DNA from: Octopus vulgaris
Taxonomy: Eukaryota
Assembly (NCBI GenBank): GCA_951406725.2
Contig: OX597814.1
Location: forward strand, 168,516,001 to 168,580,000
Reading direction: 5' to 3'
Length of the DNA: 64,000 nt
Translations under genes and position numbers: made by a program
Notes under the pieces: generated by a model
What the model was told of the DNA's origin: nothing
What the model saw: only the letters and a program-made list of their open reading frames with translations
Databases searched by the model: none
Shown here: piece after piece, positions 26,983 to 40,252 of the stretch
How the letters are laid out: each line of letters starts with the position of its first letter
Numbering within the stretch: the stretch's first letter is position 1

Positions 26983-27387
26983 TAACCAATTCTTCTACCC
27001 AAGAACATCTATTATATACAAAAAGACGAGGAGGTCATATTTGGAATGCCTTTGATAATAACTGTACTTGTGGCTAAACAATGACAATAGCAATAAGAAG
27101 AGCATGGATATTATAATCCAAGTTATACAAAAAGATGAAATGGTCATAGTTGGAATGTCTTTGATCATAGCTCTGTTTTATCAGGCCTGACCTGAAACTA
27201 AACAACAATAATGAAAGTAAAGGACACATTGGAATTCCATCCTTGCTAATGTTTTTCTGGCAGCTGTCAGCTTAGAACAATTCAAGGGTACCATGAATCA
27301 TATCAGTTGTTCCAGTAATGATGGGTTGGCAAAGGTCATTGGTACAGCCTCTTCTTCTGGATCAAAGTAAGAAGAATTTAAAAAGTA

Positions 27388-27617
27388 ACTCTTACTCTTT
27401 TACTCTTTTACTTGTTTCAGTCATTTGACTGCAGCCATGCTGGAGCACCGCCTTTAGTCAAGCAAATTGACCCCAGGACTTATTCTTTGTAAGCCTAGTA
27501 CTTGTTCTATCAGTCTCTTTTGCTGAACCGGTCAGTTATGGGGATGTAAACACACCAGCATCGGTTGTCAAGCGATGCTGGGGGGACAAACACAGACACA
27601 CAAACATATACCCCACC

Positions 27618-27661
<44 letters not shown>

Positions 27662-27824
27662 TATAACGAGCTTCTTTCAGTTTCTGTCGACGCAACTCAC
27701 AAGGCTTTGGTCAGCCTGAGGCTATAGTAGAAGACACATGCCCAAGGTGCCACACAGTGGGACTGAACCCAGAACCATGTGGTTGGTAAGCAAGCTACTT
27801 ACCACACAGCCACTCTTGCACCTA
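27388..27824 (-). mobile_element. SINE group A
   Basis: Full family sequence. Confidence 0.9.
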
Positions 27825-27984
27825 TGAAATAAATTTCATTTACTATGAAGTAAATGAAATAAAATCAAGAATCCTAGTAAAACTGGTGATGTGCTCTATA
27901 GGTAGTGAAGAACCTAGCATTTAGGGCCCCTCTGCTTTGTCCGAGAGCTCCGGAGAGTGAAAGTTCTTACAAACAATGCAATAC

Positions 27985-28540
27985 CATCACTTACTCTCTC
28001 TTCCTCACAATCCTTTCCTCACTATCCTCCTTCACTTCTCCTTCCTTGCTCTTCCTCCCTCACTCTCCCTTTCTCAGTCTCCCTTCTCCAATCTCCTCCC
28101 TCGCTTCCCCTTCCTTACTCTCTCCCACACTCTTCTTTTCTCACTCTCCTTCCCCTCACTCTCCCTTCTTTGGTCTCTTCCTCATAGGGCAGAACACCAC
28201 TTACTCTCATTCTCTCACTTCCTTACTTTCCTTTCCTTACTCTCTCCTTGTCACAAGTCAACAACACCACTTACACACACACACACACACATGTGCGCAC
28301 ATACACACATTCCTCATTCTCTCTTTTCCTCTCTCCTTTCTTTACTCTTGCTTCCACACCCTCTTGTCCTTACTCTCTCTTCCTTACCCTCTCGTCTTTA
28401 CTCTCTCTTCCTCACAAGGCCATTGACTTTTACTCTCTCTCCCATTCTCTGTTCCTCAAAAGGCAAATTCACTGCCTACTCTCTCTTTTTCTCTCTCTCT
28501 CTCTCTTTCTTCATTCCTCCCTTCCTTGCTCTCTTTTCTA
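27985..28540. repeat. CT-rich low-complexity tract
   Basis: Strong pyrimidine skew. Confidence 0.8.
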
Positions 28541-29191
28541 CACAAAGACAACTCACTTTAGTCTTTCTTCACCACAAAGGCAACAACCAGGAACTTCAGA
28601 TTCTTGATTCTTCACAGCAACTGAACTCAGAGCAAAATCTTCCACAAACTCTTCTACAAATAGGTGACATTGTTATGAACTTCAGGAATAAAAACGGCAC
28701 CAAAGAAGATGGAAATGATGCTCTGAATGAATAAAAAACCTGAAGAATTATCACCAAATGTTTCAATTTCCTACCAAAAGAAATAATTCATATAAAAACC
28801 TATTTGCCTGACATTTCCCATCGACTGCAAATATTTACTGTCGCTTGTGTATTAATCTGTAAATCTCACCTTGCATTATTTGTCACTGGAATTTTCGTTG
28901 GAGGAAATTTGATATTTGATTTATTTTAGATTTTACTTGGGATTTATTTTTGTATTTTAAAAAATTTTTTCCTTATATTCATTTTGTTTTTTATTCGGTT
29001 TTTAGTTGTTTATTTATTTTGTGTTTTGTGTGTGTGCGTGTGCGTGTGTGTGTATGTGTGTGTGTGTGGTAGTTGTCTTTTAGCAAATGGCTTTCGTATA
29101 TATTTATTATTATTGACTACGGTGATTTCCATATTCAGGATTTTTATTACAGCAACAAGAAAGACAACACTACTACTACTACTACTACTAC

Positions 29192-29225
<34 letters not shown>

Positions 29226-29469
29226 GGTGGTGGTGGTACAGAAATCCAAAGTGTAAAAGAGAAACTGCAATGAAAACTCAAAAGAAATCAGCTTGACAAA
29301 TATCGGCTAAAGTGGTTTAAGAAATATATAAGCATTTACTTCATTCAGAAGTAAATACAACTAGAAAGTTCAAATGAAATACACACACACACATACATAT
29401 ACATACAATGGGAGTCTTCCAATTTCCATCTACCAAATCCACTCACAAAGCGTATATTCCCTACTATTC

Positions 29470-29726
29470 TGAGCAGGTGGCATGTAAAAAGCACCATAGC
29501 GTGGCTGTTGCCAGTACCACCTTACTGGCCCTCATGTCAGTGGCATGTAAAAGCACTCACTACACCCTCGGAGTGATTGGCGTTAGGAAGGGCATCCAGC
29601 TGTAGAAACTCTGCCAGATCAGATTGGAGCCTGGCACAGCCATCTAGTTTGCCAGACCTCGGTCAAATCGTCCAATCCATGCTAGCATGGAAAGCGGACA
29701 TTAAATGATGATGATGATGATGATGA

Positions 29727-29729
<3 letters not shown>
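29470..29729 (+). mobile_element. RTE 3' end
   Basis: Family sequence with (GAT)n. Confidence 0.8.
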
Positions 29730-29764
<35 letters not shown>

Positions 29765-29785
29765 GTGTGTATGTGTATGCATGTG

Positions 29786-29786
<1 letters not shown>

Positions 29787-29865
<79 letters not shown>

Positions 29866-29907
29866 GAAATATATAGATAGACAGACAGACAGACGGACAG
29901 ACGGAAG

Positions 29908-29945
<38 letters not shown>

Positions 29946-29948
29946 TAG
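29787..29948. repeat. (GATA)n/(GACA)n microsatellite
   Basis: Direct reading. Confidence 0.95.
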
Positions 29949-30199
29949 AGTTAGCCAATTAAATTCTTAGCACACTATTCTGTTTAATTTTCTGTTATAT
30001 TTTACTGATTATTTTTATACTTTTCTGTTGGGATGTATTTGTGTAGCAATAATTTTTTTTTAACAGTTGAATACTTTTCTTACAACTAGCCACTCAGCTC
30101 AGTAGTGAACTAGAAGTTCAACCAGATTTCTTTTGTCAGTCAGGCCAGCTGTAGTCCTCATCATCATCTGATCATGCTTATTGCATGGATTACTGTGAC

Positions 30200-30545
30200 T
30201 CTCCAGTCTGTTTGGTTTACCATTGCATGTGGTAGGTCTTCTCAGGTGCACTTGGAGTTCTCGCAGAGTTGCTTTATGTAGGTCTGATGCGGTCTACCAA
30301 CATTTGTGTCTCCATGCTTTGGTTCCCAGAAAAAAATGTCACTGATGATCTCATCCTTTGCGCTACAGCAATGTCCAATGAATCTTATTCGTTTTTCTCT
30401 GGGGACATGTGATACTGTTGGTAAATTATCACAGAGAAGTTCTTTCATAGGAGATATCCAGGGCTGCTCATAGCCTTCTTATATAAGTTCCGTCAATTTT
30501 TTTTTAAGACACTTTGTTAGAGTTAGAGTACATCCATATAACTGA
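30200..30545 (-). mobile_element. Decayed LINE (second RTE-like family) ORF2 C-terminus
   Basis: LP.VS..REKRIRFIGHC...WEPKHG...GRPHQTYI. Confidence 0.7.
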
Positions 30546-30709
30546 AATGACTGCACAAGAAGCTCACTTTAAGACCATATGGTTTCAGGTTCAGTCCCAC
30601 TGCATGGCACCTTGGGCAAATGTCATATATTATAGCTCTAGGCTGACAAATGTTTTGTGAGTGAAGTTAGTAGACAGAAACTGTGTAGGAACCTGTTGTA
30701 CATGTGTGT

Positions 30710-30747
<38 letters not shown>

Positions 30748-30957
30748 ATGTGTGTGTACGTGCCTGTTTATCCCCTACCTCTTCTTGACAACCAGTGTTG
30801 GTTTGTTTAAATCCTTATAACCTAGCACTTTGGCAAAATTTATTGATAAAATAAGTACAAGACTTCAGAAGTAAGTCCTGAAGTATGTTTAACTAAACCT
30901 TTCAAGGCAGTTCCCTGGCATGGCCACAGTAAAGAGACTGAAACAAGCAAAAGATAA
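30546..30957 (+). mobile_element. SINE group A, diverged
   Basis: GGTTCAGTCCCACTGCATGGCACCTTGGGCAA. Confidence 0.8.
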
Positions 30958-31024
30958 CCCCCACCAAAAAAAAAAAAAATAGATAAACAAATTATATCTC
31001 CTTCACTCTAGGCCTCACTTTTGG

Positions 31025-31565
31025 CACTTATGCCAGTGGAATGTTAAAAGCACATCCGAACGTGGGGTGTAACCAGCCCACTTCTGAGTACCCCTCATTC
31101 ATTGCATAATGAACTTTGCTTGCGAAGACCTATTGAGGTAAGTGTAAACTAATCAAAATCGCTGATGTGGCTGATGAGAGAACCGCCTGATTGGCACTCA
31201 TGCCAGTGCAATGTTAAGAGAAGCATACCTGAGTGTGATCGTTGCCAGGGCCACGGATTGGCCACCGTGCCAGTGACATGTGAAAAGCATCATTCGAGCG
31301 TGATTGTTGCCAGCATCGCCTTACCGGCACATGAAAACCTACATTCAAGCGTGGTCATTGCCAGTGCCGCTGGACTGGCTCCTGTGCAGATAGCACGTAA
31401 AAACATCTTTTGAGCGCGGTCGTTGCCAGAACTGCCAGACTGGCCCTTGTGCTGGTGGCATGTAAAAAGCACCCACTACATTCTCGGAGTGGGTGGCGTT
31501 TGGAAGGGCATCCAGCTGTAGAAACTTTGCCAGATCAGAGGATGTTAAATGATGATGATGATAAT
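31025..31565 (+). mobile_element. RTE 3' UTR with about 5 tandem motif units
   Basis: Family sequence. Confidence 0.8.
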
Positions 31566-32433
31566 GATCCAATCCTTTCTTTCTATAATGATCAAACCAA
31601 TATTTATCGGAAGTAATTTCTTGGCTCATAAATGCCTGCTCTTCTACAGATTATATATGTAAATATTTTGATGAATAATGAACTAGAGTAGCAAGAATTC
31701 TTCCACTGTCTTGAAGTAGATCAAAAGACTTGTATTGCTACACCCTCAATCTTTTAGGTCTACCAACAAACGTTCTGCAATTTTTGGTGACACCACTGAA
31801 TTGTCAGTTGGTCATTAAATATCTTTATACTGGAATGTAATATGCATATTTACCATTCAATCCTTGCTTCAAAAGTAAAACATATAAAACTCAAAAGAAA
31901 ATAGGAAAAAAAACCCAACAAAAATCATAAAACTGGTTCATAGCTGGGTTTTTGAATATCATTATATATAATTCTATGTTTCAGTCATTCACAGACTTTT
32001 ATCTCCGACAAGGTAGATAGTGCAAAACCACTTCTGATCTTATTAGTGCAATCAATGTAGTCTCAAAGCGTACAGATACAGCTTATTTTCACATAGATTA
32101 CATACATTAGCGAAAAGCAACCAATGGAAATGGAGAACAGAGATAAGTTAAATACTGGGCCTTGTGGAAGATGCAGGCGACAGATCGGAATCAAAAGGGA
32201 GACATAAATTTTCTCATTAAGTAGCTTTGCATCCATCTAAGCAGTATCCTATGTATTTCAATTTGGTGCAAAGTTTCTTATTCATCATCAGCTAAATGAT
32301 ATCCATTGATGTTCAGAGCTTTGAAACCTGTTCAGGCAATAATCATATGAAAGAATAGTATAATGGTTTGTTGTGCCACAATTTTGTCAGAAGCTAAATT
32401 TACTGCTTGGAATGAATTACTTTATCTTCATTT

Positions 32434-33357
32434 TTAACCTGATACTGTTCAGATTATTCTCTCGAATGTATTGCTTATTTATTCACATTGTTTTGAATTA
32501 ATCATGCGTTATCTTGTAACTTTAAGATCTTCATAATATGGTTACTCTTTTACTCTTTTACTTGTTTTAGTCATTTGACTGTGGCCATGCTGGAGCACCG
32601 CCTTTAGTCGAGCAAATTGACCCCAGGACTTACTCTTTGTAAGCCTAGTACTTATTCTATTGGTCTCTTTTGCTGAACTGCTAAGTTACGGGGGATGTAA
32701 ACACACCAGCATCAGTTGTCAAGTGATGTTTGGGAGACAAACTCAGACACACAAACACACACACATAATAATAGTTCTTTATTGGACTCAAGGCTCATCG
32801 ATGCAATATGAGTCTTGTCATAAAACATACGTGGATACACGTATCTCTCTTTTTACTTGTTTCAGTCATTTGACTGCAGCCATGCTGGAGCACTGCCTTT
32901 AATCCAGCAAATCGACCCCAGGACTTATTCTTTATAAGCCTAGTACTTATTCTATCGGTCTCTTTTGCTGAACGTAAACACACCAGCATTGGTTGTCAAG
33001 TGATGTTGGAGGGACAAACATAGACACACAAACACACACACATATATATGTATACATAACTACGATGGGCTTCTTTCAGTCTCCTTCTACCAAATCCACT
33101 CACAAGGCTTTGGTCAGCCCAAGGCTAAAGTAGAAGACACTTGTCCAAAGTACCACGCAGTGGGACTGAACCCGGAACCATGTGGTTGGTAAGCAAGCTA
33201 TTTACTACACAGTCACTCCTGCACCTACACAGCCATGCTTATTGTTTGAAGAAGACATTGCAGGGCTGGTAGGAGAGGCTGCATCAGGCTGGTTTGAACA
33301 TAAAATAGGAACAATATTTAGGCTTGATGTGGCTGGTTTGAATTCTAATGGAGTTAA
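32434..33357. mobile_element. Possible TTAA-flanked MITE interrupted by two SINE A copies
   Basis: TTAA at both ends, TIRs degenerate. SINEs lie at 32542-32766 and 32845-33226. Confidence 0.35.
32542..33226 (-). mobile_element. Two SINE group A copies (one 5'-truncated)
   Basis: Family sequence twice. Confidence 0.85.
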
Positions 33358-33457
33358 AAAGATAGTCTTGTAGATTTTATGTCCTGATGCATCCATTACT
33401 TTGATGGCAAAATTAAATAGTAATACTCCTTAGCATTTTGATAGACTGGCTCTAGAT

Positions 33458-33975
33458 TCATCATCATCGTTCAACTTCTGCTTTCAATGCTAGTATGGGT
33501 TGGACGATTTGTCTGAGGTCTGGCAAACCAGATGGCTGCACCAGTCCCCAATCTGATCTGGCAGAGTTTCTACAGCTGGATGCCCTTCCTAACGCCAAAT
33601 CATAGTCGCAGCCAAATGCCAGTGTTGCGTAGGTGGTTCCTGTGCTGGTGGCACGCAAAAAGCACTCTGAACTTTGGGCCTCATGGAGGTAGTGACAAGT
33701 GACCAAGACCTTTGGCAATATACTGTGCTCAAAAAGATCTGTCAAGCCAAGTGAAGTCGTAGTTATGGCCAAAGCTGGTGTTTTGTGAATGGCACCCATG
33801 CTGGTGGCATGTATAAAGCACCCACTACACTCTTGGAGGGGTTGGCGTTAGGAAGGACATCCAGCTGTAGAAACCATGCCAAATCAGATTGGAACCTGGT
33901 GCAGCTCTCCAGCTTACCAGTTTTCAGTCAAACCGCCCAAGCCATGCCAGCATGGAAAACAGAGGACGACAATGA
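33458..33975. mobile_element. Back-to-back RTE 3' ends (33458-33600 on -, about 33780-33975 on +)
   Basis: (CAT)n on the left and (GAT)n on the right; RTE pieces in mixed orientation between. Confidence 0.7.
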
Positions 33976-34630
33976 TGATAATGATGATGATGATGATGAT
34001 GATGATAATGATGACGATAATGATGATGATAATGGTGATAATGATGATCACAGAGTCAGTCTTCTACTGATGTGAAAAATGAGCCACAAATATAGCACAT
34101 GTGAAATAGGCGTCACAGGAATTGTCTGGAATTTGATCAGTGCCAAATACTTTGTTGATTTTCAGTACCTGCATTGGATAAAAGTTTTAGTGTTAAGTAT
34201 GATGGCTTGTAGTTTTCTATCAGATGAAATGAAGCAATGAAGCATGGCTGTTTAAATGCTGATGATTTGGCTTGGCTGACTAGACATTGTCTGTTTTGGG
34301 AACAGCATTTTAGCACTGGAGGCAAACACTCACATGAACAGGTGTTCTGAAATATATGAATTGAGATAAATAAATAGATAGACAGACAGACAGACAGATA
34401 GATAGATAGAAAAAAAGAAAGAGAGAGTGAGTGAGTGAGTGACTGAGTGAATGAGTGAGTGAGTGAGTGAATGAGAAAGACAGAGAGAAAGAGAGGGGAA
34501 GAGAGAAGAAATTACAGTTTATTAATTAAACATGATTGACATAAATACTTTCCTTCTCATCATATGCATAAAAAGAAATATGGTCACACACATAAACAGA
34601 GATAGATAGATATATAGAGAGAGAGGGGGG

Positions 34631-34662
<32 letters not shown>

Positions 34663-34770
34663 TTAAAGTATCTGATGTTGAATAAGCCAACATCAAATCA
34701 GCAGCATCAAAGAGGCAGCACTGAAACATCTTGTGCTCTGTATTTGAAGATTACCAGACATTTAGTCATT

Positions 34771-35160
34771 GGGATGGAAGCACTCCGTCAGTTACGATGA
34801 CGAGGGTTCCGGTTGATCCGAATCAACGGAACAGCCTGCTCGTGAAATTAACATGTAAGTGGCTGAGCACTCCACAGACATGTGTACCCTTAACGTAGTT
34901 CTCGGGGATATTCAGCGTGACACAGAGAGTGACAAGGCCGGCCCTTTGAAATACAGGTACAACAGAAACTAGGAAGTAAGAGTGAGAGAAAGTTGTGGTG
35001 AAAGAGTACAGCAGGGATCACCACCATCCCCTGCCGGAGCCTTGTGGAGCTTTAGGTGTTTTCGCTCAATAAACACTCACAACGCCCGGTCTGGGAATCG
35101 AAACTGCGATCCTATGACCGCAAGTACGCTGCCCTAACCACTGGGCCATTGTGCCTCCAT
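34771..35160 (-). mobile_element. tRNA-headed SINE sharing its 3' half with 36839-37148
   Basis: A box TGGCCCAGTGG, B box GTTTCGATTCC. Confidence 0.8.
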
Positions 35161-35554
35161 TTGGTTATTAATCATCTGGCAAAAGATCTAGATTTGTCTT
35201 TCACGGCTGTTCTCTAATTATTTAGTTCATTTGAGCCATCATAATTAAGACAATACAGAAGCCCAACTTCTATAAAGTATTATATTGTGATATCACTGTA
35301 TTTCTAGATCAGATAATTACCACAGCTTACTTACTCTGCATCAAGCAGCAGGTTGTGTGTTTTATTAGCAAACCACTTTTCTGTGTCCTTCATCTACTTT
35401 TCAATGCTATTCAGAAAAGTACGTGAAAAATAACTTCCTGCTTCCCTTTCCCATAAGAGAAAAGTTCTTGTTCCAAATAATAACAGATCGATAACTTTAG
35501 TTCCTATTTCTTGTTTGTAATTCACATGTACATATATGCATATATATGCATATA

Positions 35555-36836
35555 CGAGGGGCGTTCAATAAGTAATGCCTCTGACCCACTTGCAGTTGTT
35601 TGATCTAGCTGACATTTTGCATGTGCAAGTACCTATATCTCTATAGATTAAGTGGAAAATTACAGCTCTGAACTAATTGTGGTTTCTGATTTACAGGTGT
35701 TTGAACTGAGTCAAGTGTGAAACGGAGCCTGTTGAGTGTCGAGCAGTGATCCGGTTTTTGTATTTGAAAGGACGCACACCACGGGAGACTTTTGATGAAA
35801 TAAAAGTAACTTATGGTGATGATGCCCCATCATATGACCTTGTAAAACGCTGGCATCGTGAATTCAAACATGGTCGGAACTTTGTGGAAACAGCTCCCAG
35901 ATCTGGTCGCCCCCTTCTGCCATTGATGAGGCATCTGTCCGTCAAGTTGAGGCTGCCATTTTGGAAGATTGACGCATAACTATTCGCCAAATAGCCCATG
36001 AGGTCAAGATTAGTACCGGGTCTGTGGAAACTATCATTCATGACCATTTGCATATGCAAAAGGTGTCTGCCAGATGGATTCCCAGGTTGCTCACACCTTT
36101 CCAGAAGCAAGAACGCATCGATAGCGCGAGGATGAATTTGAAGATGTGCCAAGAAGATGAGTCAAAATTTTTCAAAAGACTGATTACACAGGATGAAACC
36201 TGGGTCCATCACTATGATCCAGAGACCAAAGCCCAGTCAATGCAGTGGAAGCACCGTGACTCACCTCCTCCAAAGAAGGCAAGGGTGCAGCCCTCCGCTG
36301 GCAAGGTCATGCTCACAGTCTTCTGGGACCAGGACGGAGTAGTGATGACAGATTTCTTGGCAAAGGGTGCCACAATTACAGGAGTCTATTATGCTTCACT
36401 TTTGAGGAAATTAAGAGAAGCTCTCAAAATCAAGAGGCGGGGCAACATCAGCAAAGGCATCCTCCTCCTGCAGGACAACGCTCCAATCCACAACTCGCAT
36501 GTCGCCAGATCAGAAGCACAGGCGTGCGGCTATGAACTCATCCCCCATCTCCTGACCTGCACCCTCTGATTTTTTACCTCTTCCCAATCATGAGGTTGTT
36601 TTTGAAAGGAAAGTGTTTCCCAGATGATGCAGCCTTGATTTCTGAAGTCACGTCGTGGTTGTAGGACCAAGCTGGGGTCTTCTACAAAAACGGTCTTCAG
36701 AGCTGCATCAAACAATGGGAGAAATGCGTAACTCTGGGTGGTTCCTATGTAGAAAAAGACTAATAACTGTGCCAAGTTTCATTGCTCTACTGCTATGGGA
36801 AGTAGGTCAGGGGCATTACTTATTGAACGCCCCTCG
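35555..36836 (+). mobile_element. Full-length mariner (DD34D-type) transposon, 1282 bp
   Basis: TIRs CGAGGGGCGTTCAATAAGTAATGCCYCTGACC, TA TSDs at 35553-35554 and 36837-36838. Confidence 0.95.
35722..36763 (+). pseudogene. Mariner transposase pseudogene
   Basis: Motifs WIPRLL, TQDETW, LQDNA, SPDL..SDF. Start codon apparently ACG, frameshifts at about 35915 and 36550, in-frame stops. Confidence 0.9.
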
Positions 36837-36838
36837 TA

Positions 36839-37148
36839 GGAGCTCTCTGTTGGTTATGACGACGAGGGTCCCAGCTGATATGATCAACGGAACAGCTTGC
36901 TAATGAAATTAACATGCAAGTGGCTGAGCATTCCACAGACACGTATACCCTTAATGTAGTTCGTAAGGAGATTCAGCGTGACAAGGCTGGCCCTTATTTG
37001 AAATACAGGTACTACTCATTTTTGCCAGTTGAGTGGACTGGAGCAACGTGAAATAAAGTGTCTTGCTCAAGGACACAATGCGTCACTGGGAATTGAACTC
37101 ACAACCTTACGTTCATGAGTCGAATGCCCTAACCACTAAGCAACGCGC
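36839..37148 (-). mobile_element. SINE group D
   Basis: tRNA head plus GTGTCCTTGAGCAAGACACTTT. TSD ATATATGCATATA at 35542-35554 and 37149-37161. Confidence 0.8.
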
Positions 37149-37779
37149 ATATATGCATATACACATAAATATATTCACATACATAACATGGACATTGATA
37201 TTTTGTTTTAGCAGTACACTTTATAACATAGCTGTCCATTAATTCTTCTCATAAGAACAATAAGCAAGAACTCTCTGTGGTTTCATCCTTTCTTCCGCTT
37301 TGGGGTAAGGGTTTATCACATTTTTTTTCCTTGCCTAACACCATATCAAACCAATGAAAGCAGCATTTATAATACCAAGAAATATCAAACAATAAATATA
37401 CCAATGGAAGAATGAAATGGAAATAAGTGGATCAATAAAAGAAAATTTTAGAAATGTTTTAGAAGCACAAATTTTGTGGTATTAGTTCAAAGTGTTTCAA
37501 ATGTTTCATGTTGGAAGGTATGAAACCAAACAATCACTATGTAAAATTAACTATCTCATCTCGATGGTAATATTATCTCATTCTGTATTAATAACACTGT
37601 CATGTTGGAAGTTTTACACAAAAGGAATGTTGAAAGATAGTGAGAAATATAGCAAGCAAGAGAAAAAGAGAAGGAGAATGATGGTAAGTGTAGAGTGAGT
37701 AATGGAAAAATAAAGAGGAAAAAGAGGTTTAAAATCAAAGGGAAATACAAATGTCAATAAATAAATGAACAAAAATCAG

Positions 37780-37819
<40 letters not shown>

Positions 37820-37915
37820 TTATCTATCTATCTATAATCAAAGAGGAATATAAATATATATAAATAAATGAACAAAACTCAGTTATATATCTATATGTAT
37901 ATCCATATACATGTG

Positions 37916-37956
<41 letters not shown>

Positions 37957-38024
37957 GTGTGTGTATTATGATTTTGCTTAACCATAGTGATACTAATAAC
38001 TAGTTGTGAATATATATAAATTTT

Positions 38025-38490
38025 AAGATGTTGAGCTGGCAGAATTGTTAGCATGCCAGGCAAAATGCTTAGTGGCATTTCATCTGTCTTTAAATTCAAA
38101 TTTACGTTCAAATTCTGCCACAGTCAACCTTGCTTTTCACCCTTTCAGGGTTGGTAGAATAAATACCTATTTCTTTACTACCCACAAGGGGCTAAACACA
38201 GAGGAGACCAAACAAGGACAGACAGATGGATTAAGCCGATTATATCGACCCCAGTGCGTAACTGGTATTTAATTTATCGACCCCGAAAGGTTGAAAGGCA
38301 AAGTCGAACTTGGTGGAATTTGATCTCAGAACGTAATGGCAGACGAAATACGGCTACGCATTTCGCCTGGCATGCTAACGTTTCTGCCAGCTCGCCACCT
38401 TAGAATAAATACCAGTTGAGCACTGGGGTTGGTGTAATCAACTTACCCCATGCCCGAAATTGCTGACCTTGCGCAAAAATCTGAAACCAA
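38025..38490 (+). mobile_element. SINE group B with a nested antisense group B copy (38168-38400)
   Basis: 13-bp TSD TAGAATAAATACC. Confidence 0.9.
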
Positions 38491-38730
38491 TACGCATAGG
38501 CTTTAGAATAAAACATTAAATGAGAACAGGATGTAATATTCACTGTTGAATGAAAATGGAACAAGAATTACATTGTCATCTTCATTAGCTCACAGTTGTT
38601 TCTGCTATAAGAAAAAGTACATTCAGAGCTATGTGCTTGTGCAATGTTTTATAGCTTGCTTGGAGCCATTAAAAGGAAGTGTTTGTTTATATTGGAAAGC
38701 ATTTAAATATATATACCGAACACACATATA

Positions 38731-39178
38731 CAAGGTATGTATGTTGTTAGTTTGTGGGTCAGCAGCAGCTTTTAGGCATAAGAGAATATATTCTTTATGT
38801 GCCTGGTGTGAAAAACACCTGGAAGTCACAGTCAAGTTAAACAACTCACAGACACCAATGTTTCATCATTGTTTTGACTTGTCAAGACTGCAAACTGAAC
38901 AAGGTCTGCTGTAAGCCATATTGATGACTATGACTATATGCTAAATAGTTTAAATACCATCTGCTGGCATGTCTCAACGTTTCATGCCACAGAAAAAAAT
39001 TCAAACCTGAATTAGAAGCAGTGCAAGATATATAAACAAAATTAGAAACATACACAAGTTATGTGTGTTGTTAGTTTGTGGGTCAGCTGTAGTTTTCAGG
39101 CATAAGAGAATATATTCTCTATGTGCCTGGTGTACAAAACATCTGAGAGTAAGTCACTGTCAAGGGAAACAACTCACA
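38731..39178. repeat. Diverged direct repeat of a ~120-nt hairpin (38731-38850 and 39055-39178)
   Basis: Core AGGCATAAGAGAATATATTCTYTATGTGCCT in both copies. Confidence 0.85.
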
Positions 39179-39228
39179 TTAGGTCCCTTCTTGGAATGAC
39201 AGACATTGATTGGTACAATTTTGCTTAT

Positions 39229-39445
39229 ATACCTATTTCTTTATTACCCACAAGGGGCTAAACACAGAGGGGACAAACAAGGACAGACATAGGTATTAAG
39301 TCGAATACATCGACCCCAGTGCGTAACTGGTACTTAATTTATCAACCCCGAAAGGATGAAAGGCAAAGTCGACCTCGGCGGAATTTGAACTCACAATGTA
39401 ACGGCAGACGAAATACCGCTAAGCATTTTGCCTGGTGGGCTAGCT
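39229..39445 (-). mobile_element. SINE group B
   Basis: Family sequence. Confidence 0.85.
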
Positions 39446-39837
39446 ACTTCTAAATTATATTTGAATATATATATGTGTGTATGTGTTATATGTGTGTATG
39501 TGTTATATGTGTGCATGTAATACATATGGAAACCTATGTAGTAGAATGTAATCAAGATAAATGGAATTATTTCTCCAAAGATTGGGAAAATGATAAACAG
39601 CCTTAATTGGTTTATGAACCTTGTTGGGTTCTCAACAGAGATGTCTAGATTCCAGGAAAATAAAGTAGCCAATATATTTATATACTCACCAGATCCAGTA
39701 GCCATAGAAAACAAGAACTACTATTTTTGTATTCTATAAGAATTTAACACTTTATTTAATTCCATCTACCTGTCAACGGGATATCAGTCTGCTCAGTAAC
39801 AATGTATGATACAATATGTCAAATGTGTCTATGTGTA

Positions 39838-39842
39838 ATCAC

Positions 39843-39876
<34 letters not shown>

Positions 39877-40252
39877 GGTTAACGTCTGTTTTCCATGCTA
39901 GTATGGGTTGGGTGGTTCGACCGGGGTCTGGGAAGCCAGGAGGCTGCGTCAGGCTCCAATCTGATCTGGCAATGTTTCTACAGCTGGATGCCCTTCCTAA
40001 CGCCAACTACTCCATGAGTGTAGTGGGTGCTTTTTATGTGCCACCAGCACAGGGGCCAGAGGAGGCTGGCAAACGGCCATGATCAGTTGGTGCTTATTAC
40101 GTGTCACTGACATGGATGCCAGTCAGGTGGCGCTGGCATCAGCAACGTTCGGATGGTGCTTTTTACATGCCACCCGCACGGATATCTTAACTACGATTTC
40201 CATTTGATTTTTATTTTGATGTTGGTGTTGACGTACTCGACTCAATAGGTCT
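39838..40252 (-). mobile_element. RTE 3' UTR
   Basis: Family sequence; matches 62470-62846. Confidence 0.8.

Noticed and set aside
27263-27372. Possible host exon (CAG acceptor, GTAAG donor, one open frame)
   Set aside because: No recognisable protein and no partner exons; needs RNA-seq.
27905-28734. 173-252-aa Leu/Ser-rich ORFs
   Set aside because: CT-rich low complexity lacks stop codons.
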